This document shows positions 1 to 12,049 of a stretch of DNA of 37,071 bases, piece after piece. The position numbers were made by a program, and so were the translations under genes. A model generated the notes under the pieces. It was not told the DNA's origin. It made no database searches and saw only the letters and a program-made list of their open reading frames with translations. The stretch is from Ginkgo biloba. Its lineage: Eukaryota > Plantae > Ginkgophyta. The DNA is taken from assembly GCA_024626585.2 (NCBI GenBank), contig JANKJI020000004.1, positions 169,205,995 to 169,243,065 of the forward strand. Reading direction: 5' to 3'. The stretch's first letter is position 1. Every line of letters begins with the position of its first letter.

Positions 1-89
1 CCAAACAAGAGGTCCAAAGGATTTATAGGCAATCAACATATCTGTTGTGTTGCATATTTGGACGAGTCATTGTTTCTTTTTTCCCCCTT

Positions 90-1800
90 TTCAACACAAA
101 AGGTAACCTTATATTATAGCAAAAATGTTATAATTGTCTTGTCTCCACTTTTTTACAAAATTGAACCGTGATCAAATTTTATGTAGAGAGTTTAGTTAGT
201 TTTCCAAGAAGCCATTAATCAATCTACTACATCCTGAGGCTTGTTACAAAAATTTCTTTTGTGAGACCTAGTTAACAAAACATCCTATAATAATAAGAGA
301 CAAGCTACTCTTTCAAACCCCTGCTATTCAAACCGATGGATCATACAAGAGTTGATCCTTAGGACTCTTTTTCAAGTCTAGTCAGCTTTAAATTATCATT
401 GGCAATAATGTATGAGAGAAGAAGAACAACCATCATTGTGAAGTATTTTAGAAACCCTAGAAGAAGCAAACCTACCCTCTAGTACTATGATTATAAAAAT
501 TGAGAAGCACATGTGGTCTCATATTTCATATTCTTTCCAGCAATCCTGTCTATCTTTGAAGCAAGGAAGAGTTTAAATGGATATTTCCTAGCACCAAGTC
601 AATACCATACTACTAGAGAAGTTTGTCNNNNNNNNNNNNNNNNNNNNNNNNNNNNNNNNNNNNNNNNNNNNAAGGTTACGCACTAAGAGAAGGCTTCCAA
701 CTATTTTTGGAACTTGTTTTTTTGGAAATGATGCAATCATGCAAGATATAAAGAGCTCAAACCACCATACAAATAAATATTATTTCATTTGGTTGAAGCA
801 TTTACCTATTCCCAAGTTAGGTGATCCAAATCTTTGCCATTCAATCCTCCAAATTCAAAGAGCACATATTTGGTCTAAATCCTTTGTTCCCTTTNNNNNN
901 NNNNNNNNNNATTTTTATAGGGAATGTAGGCAGTATGAACACTTGGATGCATGAAGATTACAGGAAGATGACCACATTACATTTATTCCTCAGAACTAAC
1001 AGTGGCTACTTAAAAGGGCCAAATGAAAAAATCTCGTTAATATCTCACATGATTTAGATATGATGCCACAGCTGGAGACAAGATTGACTACTGTAGCCAT
1101 CACAAGAATCCCAGAAGATCTTCAAGCATTGGCAATTCTATTTGGTNNNNNNNNNNNNNCCTTCAGACTCAGCTAAGGTCAATAGATTTACACTTCTCTT
1201 TCGTCATACAAAGTGCCATCACTTCAATCCAGTATTGTCATACTATTGATCACAGTAGAGCTACTGGTGGTAAGAGGATGCTGTCTGCAAGTGGACCCTT
1301 GAAAGCAAAAGCCTAAAGAAGTGAGGATCATTTCTTAAAGAAAACGCCCCAGAAGAAAGCAATCCTTCTGAGGTTGTTTTTGAGACTAAGAACATGGGCA
1401 AGATAAGCAAAAGTTATTCCTGGAACAACAAACCCACAATGTAGAAAAGTGTGGGGTTCAAGGTTAAAAAACATATGCAAATGAGATAAAGATCTCAAAT
1501 TAATGGCCGAAATCCCTATGCATTGTCATCCTGACTCAGTTGGGCAGGTAGGAAGCCTACATAAGCATATTACTATGGTTAGTAGCGTTCAGTGTGGGAA
1601 GTTGGTCAGTGCTCCCACGCATGTTTGTCTTTTTCATCCATATGCAGATTGCTGCCTTTTTAAACAACATTTCTTCAAATTTTTAAATGTGCATTTTGGG
1701 AAACTGAATAGGCTCCCATTTCTCATTACCAGAAAGCTAGGCAATTTAGACAGACATTAATCTCTTGCTACTAAGAAGCTCAAGTTGTGAAACCATAGCC
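90..1800 (-). mobile_element. Degenerate L1-type LINE ORF2 relic
   Basis: Minus-strand fragments include DQICAL/FGGLNGKDL (resembles plant LINE W..IC.PK..GGLGIKDL) near 830-880 and KFEEML (resembles RFE.MW after the endonuclease) near 1670-1690. Many stops and frameshifts; boundaries approximate. Confidence 0.45.
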
Positions 1801-2943
1801 ATTAACAAACAACACCCTTGGTTTCCTCAGACTAAATAGCACCTGGCAAAACAATGTTATTAGAAGGGGCCAAGTTTTATAGCTTCAGATATGAAAATAT
1901 CTTCTTTTGTTGACAGCATGCTTGCATTGATCTTAACAAAAGAAGAAAATAGCCTTGGGGCCAATTTACAGAGTCCATGAAGTTCTAAGTCAACACTAAT
2001 CAAGGGAAGTTCACCACCCTCAAACATTATGGTCTAGAATCATTATACAATGGAAGTTATTGGAGGGTGATGATGTAATCACACAAGTTAAAAATAATGT
2101 TGTGGCTATGAATCTTTCAGAGGGGTCTAAAGGCATCATAGAAGGGAAGTTTATCCTGTAGGATGATGGCCTGGTCACAGAAGTTAAAAATACTGTTAAG
2201 GATATGGATCCTGAAGAGAACTACATCTAATTCCTTGGTGATTTGATAGCTGAAATCAAGAACTGCAAGCAAGCGATTGGTATTACCATCAAAGGCATTT
2301 TTCAGTTCTGGTCTCTACCATTATTGGATATTGGCCTAGACACTGCTCCAGAATAAAGCCACCACAAGGTGCAGAGCTCCAAAGTCAGGGTCCTTGTCCT
2401 CTGATGCATTCACTACTCATGATAAGTGAACAGACTCCTTGGACCTCCTCTTCTATTGTAGTTGCAGCAACTTGAGTATGCCATCTAATTCATCAATGAT
2501 GTCCATTCATTGTCTTCTCATGCTGTCATTGTTGAGCTCGTGTGATAGCAATTTCATCGAAGACATGGTTTAGAAAAGCGAAATTAGATTTAATAGAATG
2601 NNNNNNNNNNNNNNNNNNNNNNNNNNNNNNNNNNNNNNNNNNNNNNNNNNNNNNNNNNNNNNNNNNNNNNNNNNNNNNNNNNNNNNNNNNNNNNNNNNNN
2701 NNNNNNNNNNNNNNNNNNNNNNNNNNNNNNNNNNNNNNNNNNNNNNNNNNNNNNNNNNNNNNNNNNNNNNNNNNNNNNNNNNNNNNNNNNNNNNNNNNNN
2801 NNNNNNNNNNNNNNNNNNNNNNNNNNNNNNNNNNNNNNNAATTCAAATTCTTTAAACATAAACTTGATTCAATTACCTTCAAATGTTAATGAGAATTGCA
2901 TAGTTAGGCCTCTAGAATATGGACAATGGGCAGGGCTAGTTAC

Positions 2944-3017
2944 CGATAATTTCCAGATGTTGCTCTAGGTAATGGACGCAAAGCAGATCTTGGCCCTTTA
3001 TGGAGTTCCATGACTAC
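2944..3017 (-). CDS. Candidate host-gene exon, VVMELHKGPRSALRPLPRATSGNY(R), phase 0 to 2
   Basis: Acceptor aaatag|GTA and donor CG|gtaact; 74 nt; only one of three frames is open; GC higher than flanks. Confidence 0.5.
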
Positions 3018-3609
3018 CTATTTATTCAGGCAAAAGTGACAACACACAATTAATTGTGGTTAAGTACAATGTTGTACAATTTATTTAACAGTGGTGATTA
3101 TTATGGGCTTTGAATTGACAAGATATTATCATGTCTTTCAACCAAATCTGACCCTATGTTTTATGTAATTGCAAAAGAGAAAACTTATATGTACAAGCAA
3201 GTTTTTTGTTTCTCCAATAAAATTATGATCAGTTGCTAGTTTACTGCTTATTTTGTTTTCCAAATACATAGGACAGATTTTTCCTAAAAGGACACAAGAA
3301 AAGGGCCATGAAAAACCTCAATTTACATATTTCTACCTATCCAGATAATACTAAGCTGTAAATGATCACCATGGTATTTGCACAGTTTATGAAATGAGAT
3401 TACAAACAACCTGGGATTATACACCACATATCTCCATCAGGTACTAAGCTAACACAGTACAAAGGGCAATTGTACAATCGCATCTAGTTGTTATCCTAAC
3501 GTATATATGGTACAACAATTGAATATACATTCTAGTGAACAACTTTGAGCATCTATAGGTTCTACACTTGCTTCGCCATTTTGTGACCAATTGTAACCAT
3601 TAAAATGCA

Positions 3610-4495
3610 CTTCATCCAAATCACAGACAATGTCACAACCGCCTAACTGAAGTGTGAATCTGTCAGATTGCATATTGTAATCACCCATTGAAACCTTGAT
3701 ATTCTAATATTTTCCCTTACAAGCCAAGGTACCTCCATTTACTACCATCACCTCAAAGTTATTACATGGATACACATAACAAGTTGTCTACTTGGCCACC
3801 CAAAGGTCGATGAAGTTATGAGTGTTTACAAAGTCAATGAAGATGGTTAAGCAATGCCCCTTGAAGAGTCCCAACACCTTCATAGTTTGGGGCATTGCAA
3901 TCCCTACTAATGCATGCATAGAAATTTTGGGGGTAGAATCATCATTAATACCAATCTCTTCGGGTTGTTCCTTAACTATACTTTCTTCTCAGGCATCCCA
4001 TGTGTCTGAAATAGAAGGTGCCTTAACATTTAGTAGATATAGTTTTTGTCTTGTACATTTATGACCTGGTGCATATTTATAATCACAATTATAGCATAAC
4101 ACTTTCACTCTATGAGCGGGCATCTCCTCATGAGTCAAGCACTTGTTTGGTGGTGGTATGGTGCCCTAATTTGATGTTGGTTAGAATGACTATGGAGTTA
4201 TGACTTGTGGTGGTTTATATGGACGACGTTGGGTGGCATATTTATCCTTAGCTAATTCATCCAATTTGATAACTTCTATCAAGGTCATGGACTTAAACAT
4301 TTTGAATTTAGTATTGATGCCTTCCTTCGGGCCACTAATAAAGAAAATTTTTAAAAAATCATCATCTATCCCTCTTTTTTAGTTTGCCAATTTTTTAAAC
4401 TACATCTAGTAGTCGTGGATAGAGTGATTTTGTCTTAATTTAGTCAATGCCACTATGAAGTCCTCATATTCACTTGGGCCAAATTGGGTGAGTAG
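3610..4495 (-). mobile_element. Ty3/gypsy (chromovirus-like) gag, CCHC knuckle and aspartic protease relic
   Basis: Minus translation gives QFGPSEYEDFIVALTKLRQ...FFISG (gag), LCYNCDYKYAPGHKC (zinc knuckle) and ISMHALVG...PQTMKV...IFIDFVNTHNFID...LGGCDIV (protease, degenerate DSGSTHNFI). Internal stops. Confidence 0.88.
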
Positions 4496-4629
4496 GTGCT
4501 AACAAAATTGATCCCATGTGAGTGCACCNNNNNNNNNNNNNNNNNNNNNNNNNNNNNNNNNNNNNNNNNNNNNNNNNNNNNNNNNNNNNNNNNNNNNNNN
4601 NNNNNNNNNNNNNNNNNNNNNNNNNNNNT

Positions 4630-5070
4630 CTTAATAACTATTGATTATTTTACAAAATGGGCGGACACTATTTTATTAACTAATACTAATGGAAATAAGA
4701 TTGTTATGTTCATCTTAACTAGATCATATATTTATTTGGGATCTTGGAAACTATCATCACTAATAATGGAAAATACTTTTACAATCGTCATCTCAACAAA
4801 CTTTACCACAAGTTTAGGATTACCCACAAAAATTCTTCGCCTTACTATCCTCAAGCCAATGATCAAATTAAATCCTTCAATGAAATATTGGTAGAGTTTT
4901 TACAGAAACATGTTATCCAGTTTCACTAAGATTAGCACTTTAAAATCTTTCCTACATTATGGGTTTATCATACCAAGTGCATACCACAACTAGGATGGCT
5001 CTATATACTGACATGTATCGTGTAGAAGTTGTATTTCCTCTTGAAATTCAAATCCCCTCTCTATGAATTA
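4630..5070 (+). mobile_element. Ty3/gypsy (non-chromovirus, Athila/Tat-like) integrase core relic
   Basis: ITIDYFTKW..., IITNNGKYF.N (resembles ITDNG), HKNSSPYYPQAN, and EVVFPLEIQIPSL; frameshifted. Confidence 0.88.
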
Positions 5071-5544
5071 TGATTAAAGAATTTATTGATAAGAAATACA
5101 TGATAAACAAAATCAACGAGAGCTAAACTAAACATCAAGCAACCAAAAGCTGGGCTAGGTCAAAATCCAGTGATGAGAATACACAGTAAAAAAAGTCATC
5201 AAGGACTTACCTAAACATCAAGTAACAAAAGCTAGGAATATTGCAAGAGGTATATGAGGTAAAGTGGTGAGCATCAGGTACTTAGCCAGTGCATATAACG
5301 TAGATCCCACTGAAACATTTTTGCATACAAGCTAACCCCTTAAATTTTAGAAGGAAAAATACCATATCTTATGCTTATTGTTTTGTCATTGTGTAGTTCC
5401 TCTCCACTACTGACATCTTCCTACTCACATAGTACACTAGATGAACCATCCTTTTTTTTCTAGATGTGTCAAAATAACATTGATGGCTATGCCTAATGCA
5501 TCAATATGTACATGAAAGATCACATCCTAGTTAGGATGTATCAG

Positions 5545-6505
5545 TACTAGTGCATTTTCTAACTTCTCCTTAAGGGTTCCTATAGCCTGTTGACACTCTG
5601 ACGTCCATTTAAACTTCTTGTCATTGTTTAATAAGACTTTAATCGAAGCCGCAATGTCTGGATACTTCCTAATGAATTTTTATAATACCCACTGTGTCCT
5701 AAAAATACTTAGACTCCCCTTTGATCTCTTGGTGGTTTCAAATCCATTATGATTTTAACCTTAGCCATGTCTACCATGATTCCATCTTTGCATACAATGT
5801 GGCCAAGTAGTACTCCAAATGGAGTAAAGAAAATGCTCTTTTTGATATTTAAGTACAGTCTCACCTATCAACACCTCTCAAGCAACATCCTTCACTCCTT
5901 GATATGGTCTTTAAGAAGACCATAAACTGTTTAGTCGTCAAAGTATGCTTCAAAAAAATTATGCATAAACTTTTAAAAGATCTTGATGACAATCCTTGAA
6001 AAAGCTGTCAATTCTTTATTTAACCCAAATGGCATGATATCATATGCGAAGAATCCCCATTCCGAAGTGAATATTTTCTTATGTTGATATTCTATAGTAA
6101 TCTTGATTTGATTATACTCAAAACATCCATCCATGAAAGAAAAGATCTCACCTCTTAAGATGTTCTACAAAATATCTTATGTATATGATGTAGGAAATAG
6201 ATCTATTACTATTACCTTATTAAGTTCTCTATAATTGACACAGACTCAAATTTTATTGTGTTGCTTATTCGATTGAATCACTAAAGGGCTCAGCCACTCA
6301 ACTTCTTGAATTGGATTAATAAGGCCTTATTGAAGCAACTGGTCCAACTGTTGCTTGAATCATTATTTATACTTAATATTATGACCTTTTATTTATTGGT
6401 CTTGTATATGTCCTAAGTGGTATCTTCATCACTCCCAACTCTTTAATGATACCCTTCATATGTTTAAAATCTTTTGCAAGCACATCCTATTATTCCTGTA
6501 GTAGA
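5545..6505 (-). mobile_element. Ty3/gypsy reverse transcriptase relic
   Basis: Minus translation includes EWLSPLVI, VNYRELN, FSFMDG..YNQI, EWGFFAYDIMPFGL, catalytic YFDD (about 5934-5945), LLGHIV and FKWTSECQQA. Confidence 0.92.
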
Positions 6506-6518
6506 AAAACGCATTAAG

Positions 6519-6581
6519 TCACAGGTATAGGACATGTGAAACAGTTTCTTTGAAGCGTCTGAAAGCATCTAAGAACAAATT
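6519..6581 (-). CDS. Candidate host-gene exon, NLFLDAFRRFKETVSHVLYL* (either terminal or ending at an internal GT donor)
   Basis: Acceptor ttattgcag|AAT; in frame with the 6666-6719 exon across an 84-nt intron. Confidence 0.55.
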   Translation of the reverse strand, partial: NLFLDAFRRFKETVSHVLYL

Positions 6582-6665
6582 CTGCAATAATCGTACAATA
6601 GGCAATGCAATTTAGCAAGAATGTTAAATACCCATATTTTTATCAAAGACTTTCCGAGTAAGTAC

Positions 6666-6719
6666 AGTGGCGAGACGTTCTAAATCCTGTTCCAAAACAT
6701 TACTCAAAACTGCAGCACC
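6666..6719 (-). CDS. Candidate host-gene exon, GAAVLSNVLEQDLERLAT, phase 0 to 0
   Basis: Strong acceptor tatttattttgcag|GGT and donor ACT|gtactt; the other two frames contain stops. Confidence 0.6.
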
Positions 6720-7329
6720 CTGCAAAATAAATATATAAGAATTGCAATATACTATGCAGTTGATCCACTAGAAAAGTTAGATTAATTTATTTACATTGCA
6801 AGAAAATTGAACAAACAGGAAAGCTACAAATACTACTACTCAATTCCATGAAAAAACAACATGCAATCTATGCATACACGGACATAATCCCTTACCAAAG
6901 GGGATGAAACCATCTTTTTAAGCACTTGGAACAAATTTTTAAAAATCTATGCCCAAGTTCGGACACCCCAATGTGTCAAAAGATTATGGTGAACTTTAGA
7001 ATGTAACAAGCCACATATTCTTTGACTCATTCTTTATTTTCTCTCTTGATAGTGGATAGCTCTTTGATGAGCACTGCGGTGGATTTCTCTTAGAGGAAGT
7101 AGGTTCTGAACCATTGCATCAAAGTGTCCCAGTTGGTGATGGAGGCATGGGGTAATGAGTGATACCATTTGGAGGCTTCTCCTTATAGGGAATATATGAA
7201 AANNNNNNNNNNNNNNNNNNNNNNNNNNNNNNNNNNNNNNNNNNNNNNNNNNNNNNNNNNNNNNNNNNNNNNNNNNNNNNNNNAAGACATTGTATGTCCG
7301 AAATGTTCACTTGGCAATGGCTTTAATGC

Positions 7330-7600
7330 TACCAATTAAATTAGTAAAATGCAAGCTATAATTCACCATAAAGCTTTAACAATGTCATCCATGTTTCAAA
7401 TCGAGCTTATGCATTGTGTTGAACCAACAGTAGTATACTTTATTGGCAAATGTTGAGGCTAGTAGGTCGTCTACATGTGTGACAAAACGAGGTTGACTTC
7501 CATTCCATCATGTTAGCATACATGGATGAACTTTCTCATTCTAGAGAATAATCACTTTGCCAGTTTGGTTGAAAAAATAATTACAATAGGAAAATACAAA
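7330..7600 (-). mobile_element. Possible retrotransposon gag relic
   Basis: Fragments DLLASTF...CWFN and TWMTLLK resemble the retrotransposon gag pattern (F...A..W.....SI.TW..L). Very degenerate. Confidence 0.3.
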
Positions 7601-8035
7601 TCCTAACATATTGATGTGAATCCACCTATCCCATACACTACTCAGGGTCTTCTAAACAATTAGATTGTGAAGAGCTATTTGAACATTGCCTATGGCCCCT
7701 CCCAACCTTAACCATTAAAGTCATCATCAAAGATTCTTCAAAAGACCAAGTTGAGTCTCAATTATGCAATTCACATCAAATTCCGAATACAATATACTCA
7801 CACTATTGGCCTAACGGCTACCTGTTAACCCCTGAATTGCACTCAGTAATTCCGGTGTTAATCCGCAGCCCGATTATATCAGACTAATTTTATTTAAGTA
7901 TTAATGATGGAAGAAGAGTGAATGGAGTAGAGAATTGCGAAAAAAACTGATAATTAGAGGCTCCTTTTGTCTGTCAATCAATCAGAAACACAAGCTGGAA
8001 TGGTTTTGTGCGCGGCCAGAAATTTTGACTGTGTC

Positions 8036-8155
8036 ATTGGTCAAACGAACCTGGTCGTTTGACGAACGACAGTTCATCGTTCGACGAACAAACCCAGCTA
8101 TTCAACCAACAACAATTCATCGTTCGTCGAACGAACTCAACCGTTCGACGAACAA
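8036..8155. repeat. Cluster of near-palindromic GTTCGACGAAC-type motifs
   Basis: gtcgtttgacgaacgac, cgttcgacgaac, cgttcgtcgaacg and cgttcgacgaac within about 120 bp; CpG-rich against a CpG-poor background. Confidence 0.75.
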
Positions 8156-8428
8156 CAAGCGATTTCAACTCGAAAAAGGCCAGCGACCTTTGTTGCATGT
8201 TTTTTGGCGCTGTTTAATGAAGATATTCAGCCTATTCCACCTGTCAACATATCCAGAACAGAAGATCTTGCATCTACATGGTAGTGATGTGGCATTTCTC
8301 CAGCTCGAGTTGTGGGGGAAGTTGGTTGTTCCTGATTTTTCTCCTCAACCTGGACGTTATTTCTAATACCCTTGGAGTCACCAGAGAAGCACCTCTTCAT
8401 GCATGATTTTCTAGTAAGAGCGCATAAC

Positions 8429-8502
8429 CTCTCTCTGAAGTGCAGCGCTTTTCTTCTTCCTGGCTTTTCTCATAAGCCAAACATGCAGACCACTAGAACA
8501 AC
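8429..8502 (-). CDS. Candidate host-gene exon, (x)CSSGLHVWLMRKARKKKSAALQRE, phase 1 to 0
   Basis: Acceptor aacag|GT and donor GAG|gttatg; only one frame is open; end phase matches the 6719 exon. Confidence 0.55.
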
Positions 8503-9830
8503 CTGTTNNNNNNNNNNNNNNNNNNNNNNNNNNNNNNNNNNNNNNNNNNNNNNNNNNNNNNNNNNNNNNNNNNNNNNNNNNNNNNNNNNNNNNNNNNNNN
8601 NNNNNNNAGTACAGGTTCATGATTGCATCCTATGCTTCCTTCAAGATCTTCACATCAGAAACATTTTCAATAATGTTCCTGCTCACCGACAAATTAATTA
8701 GGGCAAGAGTAATTCTACTTTTTGCATCATACTTTGCCTATAGTGTGGTGTTTATTGGGTCCTTGACTGTTGTCCCATCCACATAGGACTAGAAATCATT
8801 CAACATTACAAGATCTCTTGATCTAATGTCTCCATGTGCCAGAGTTATCCGCACCTATCAATTTTTCTGTGAGTGCACTAAGTAAATTGCCGCTAAATTA
8901 TGCCATAATTAAAAAAATTGAGATTGGCACACACGAACAAAATTAAAAAGACCAAAATTCTACTCAGAAGGCACACTAACACCACCGAGGACTTAAATAG
9001 TCCTCCCTCACACCAAAAAAAAGTTTTCTTTATTAATCTAGAGCAGTACATGATTACAAATGGCCTTTAAAGGCTTGAGGTGCCATTACAATTTTTTGAA
9101 AGTTTTTTCAGGGCTTAGAATGCTTATTTTACAAAAAGAACAGCTTAACCAGAAAACTAACCACAAACGGTTAGTCACATGAGAGAGGTTAAACATAAAA
9201 ATTTACAAACTTTAGAAATATGCAAAAAAAATTAAAAAAAACTCCAATGGTGGCCTGCATGCCTACTCCTCCACTTGATCGGTCATTTTTTTGTTCGAAT
9301 TTGCAGATTGAACTCTAATTTTTTAGTAGCGGCTTCTTGATAGAACTGCACCTTCCTCCATGAACTATTCTGTGTTCTGCAAACTTCAACACCAAACCTT
9401 CAATCTCAAGGTGTCGCATTGAGCGGCTTCAAGTCTCAGTGACAGGTGTGTCCTCCACGAACAAACTTCACGTCTTTGATAAACGTGTTTGATCGCATCT
9501 TTCTCTCCACGAGATGCTAGTTGCACGCCATTCGTCCTCTACTCACAAGAACAAAATTGGACAACGAAGAACTTGAACATAATTCTTTCGTGATTCTTTA
9601 AACCTGGTGTCGCGTCATCCTGCACTTGGAAAGCCCCTGTCTCACAGCTCCAGACATGCTTTGGTTCTACAAATTTCCTCCTACATTATGAATTCACCTT
9701 AGAATTCACTTTAGGGTTTGATCTTCGTTTTCACTGCAGTAGATCCATACAACCACTTCAAGGGTTTGAACCCTTTCTCCATTCTTCATTGAGGATTAAA
9801 TCTCGAATTCTTGAATACAAATCTCGCCTT

Positions 9831-9842
9831 GCTCTGATACCA
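9831..9842 (-). other. Retrotransposon primer-binding site (tRNA-iMet), TGGTATCAGAGC
   Basis: Plus strand reads gctctgatacca, 2 nt from an LTR end. Confidence 0.9.
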
Positions 9843-9844
9843 CA

Positions 9845-10149
9845 TGAGAGGACATGATCTCAAGTAGGATTCAAGTAAAATTCATCACAAAAGAACACAC
9901 AAAATTTTTCTCAGGTAGAATTGGTCTACCACAAGATTTTGTATTAAGCTCAAAAGCTGCAATACACTTCAATGATTGTACAATGGGTACGGGGTCTATT
10001 TATAGACACCCAAAGAATAACCACTAATAACTTCCTTTGAAAGTTATGATTAACCAATCACTAATTACATAATTATTACATAATGGGACATTAAATGTAC
10101 AATGAATAAACATAATGTTACAATGAAATAATCATTAATTATTCCAACA
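9845..10149 (-). mobile_element. 5' LTR (about 305 bp) of an LTR retrotransposon; internal region runs toward about 8610
   Basis: Minus strand TGTTGG...CTCA termini, CTATAAATAG TATA box at 9996-10005, directly followed by the PBS. Confidence 0.8.
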
Positions 10150-12049
10150 CAACCTGTATAAAAGAGTGGCTGCCAACTATACGTTGAGCCCTAAAGTTTC
10201 ATTTAACAACTGTGACTTAATTGGATAAAAAATACAATTGCCTTCCACAAAAACATTTCCCTTGAAGTCTTTTGCAACTTGTACATATAATATTCGCATA
10301 TAGCATAAGGTGTTTCACTCGACAAAATGGCCCCTACATTTGCCTTAAGCCTATGATTCAATATAGAACATATTATTAGATTGGCAAAATGTTATTGTAA
10401 ATGCACTTTACCCGATGATGGCCTTTTGAGGAAGCTTTTGCATAATTACATTGGATTCGGCTAAGTTTGCATTCATTGAAGTCAAATAGGTAGATAATGC
10501 ATGCTTTTAAAAGTTGAATTGCTCAAATTGTTACATAACTATAGATCAACCTTATTGGTTGTGCATCCCCATCAAGCAGAGTACCTGAACCAGGGACGGT
10601 ACCTACACCTAAGATGTGGGTGCCAGTGTGGGTCGTACTAATATGAGTAACAATTAGCTTTGCTTATCTAATTGTACTCCTATCAATAAATTTAATTAAA
10701 TTACTCATCATTTTTAAGGTTTGTGCAACTAAGGCCATATGATGCACATAGTTTAGCAAATCATTATTTGAGTAATTAATTAATTAGAATCTGGATAATT
10801 AAATTAATTATCTAACATGTAATTAGTCTAAGGGTGCACACCCTACTACACCATCCATTGGAAAAGAGGTTATTACCTAGAATAAATGGTTGGCTATTTT
10901 GGAGTTATTAGATAATCAAGGAAAATGGTTAAATAAGCACTTTCCAAAATAGGATTAGGGTTACTAAGTTTGTTTTAGGATTTTCCTATAAGATNNNNNN
11001 NNNNNNNNNNNNNNNNNNNNNNNNNNNNNNNNNNNNNNNNNNNNNNNNNNNNNNNNNNNNNNNNNNNNNNNNNNNNNNNNNNNNNNNNNNNNNNTACTTT
11101 AATCCACAAAAGCTAATCATATTCAGTTTCTTAGTTTGAATAAGGATTTCTACTTTATATTATTAGATTTAGCTTTTCTTTCAAAACATATATTGGAATT
11201 TTTAAGATCATAATTGACATGATGTCTTGTAAAAGGTATTGCATGTAATGCATATAATACATTGTTGATAAATTTTAATCATACATTTAGGAAGACTCCA
11301 TCCTTATGAAAGATTGTGTTATTATGAAAAACTTATTTTCTATTATTTATGATGTCATCAATTGACCTAATGGTTGTAAGATCTTGTGACTAGTCTTATT
11401 ATACCTCGATTATCTAGATTGGTTCGAGTATTGTTATTATTATTAAGGATGAAAAAATAACCCTCTATAAAAAACACTAAGGATGAAAAAATGTTAGCCT
11501 CCCCCCACCCTTGAATAAAAGAGTCAATTGCAATTGTTAATTCTTTCTAATACAATTCATATGCCATGTTTAGAATACGACTTCTTGTGACCACACTCAC
11601 CAAGATTTCCATTTAAACAGTTATCTCTAGATTAAGATGCGATAAGACATTAGAATGGACTTTTCCTTACTTTAACATAAGTAATATTTCTTATATGACC
11701 ATCGCCTGTAAATGTGACTTCTATTCAATTTGATTTTGCTTTTGATGTACACATTCTGGGTTCCAGATCATGTGTGTATCAAAAGAGAGTGATTCCTAGT
11801 TTGTTGACATTCCCATTGACCAAAAAGAACACAACAAAGACAGATAAGAAAATAGCACAAAAAGTTGGAAAGAGCATTTCCTAGCATTCTCATTTCTAGT
11901 GACAGTCTCCTGACCATTTCTTTTGTGGCATGCAGCCCAAAACAACCAAAAAGAAGAAAAATGCAAAACACTTGCAAAAATAGAGAAACTAACCTAGCCT
12001 AACCTAAAATCATCCACCCCGCTTACCACATGTACTTACAAGACATAAT

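Noticed and set aside
6582-6631. Alternative 50-nt intron using donor G|gtattt
   Set aside because: Unusually short and gives a less plausible downstream frame than the 84-nt intron.
7935-8366. 143-aa plus-strand ORF
   Set aside because: Non-ATG start, overlaps the palindromic repeat cluster and has no recognisable motif.
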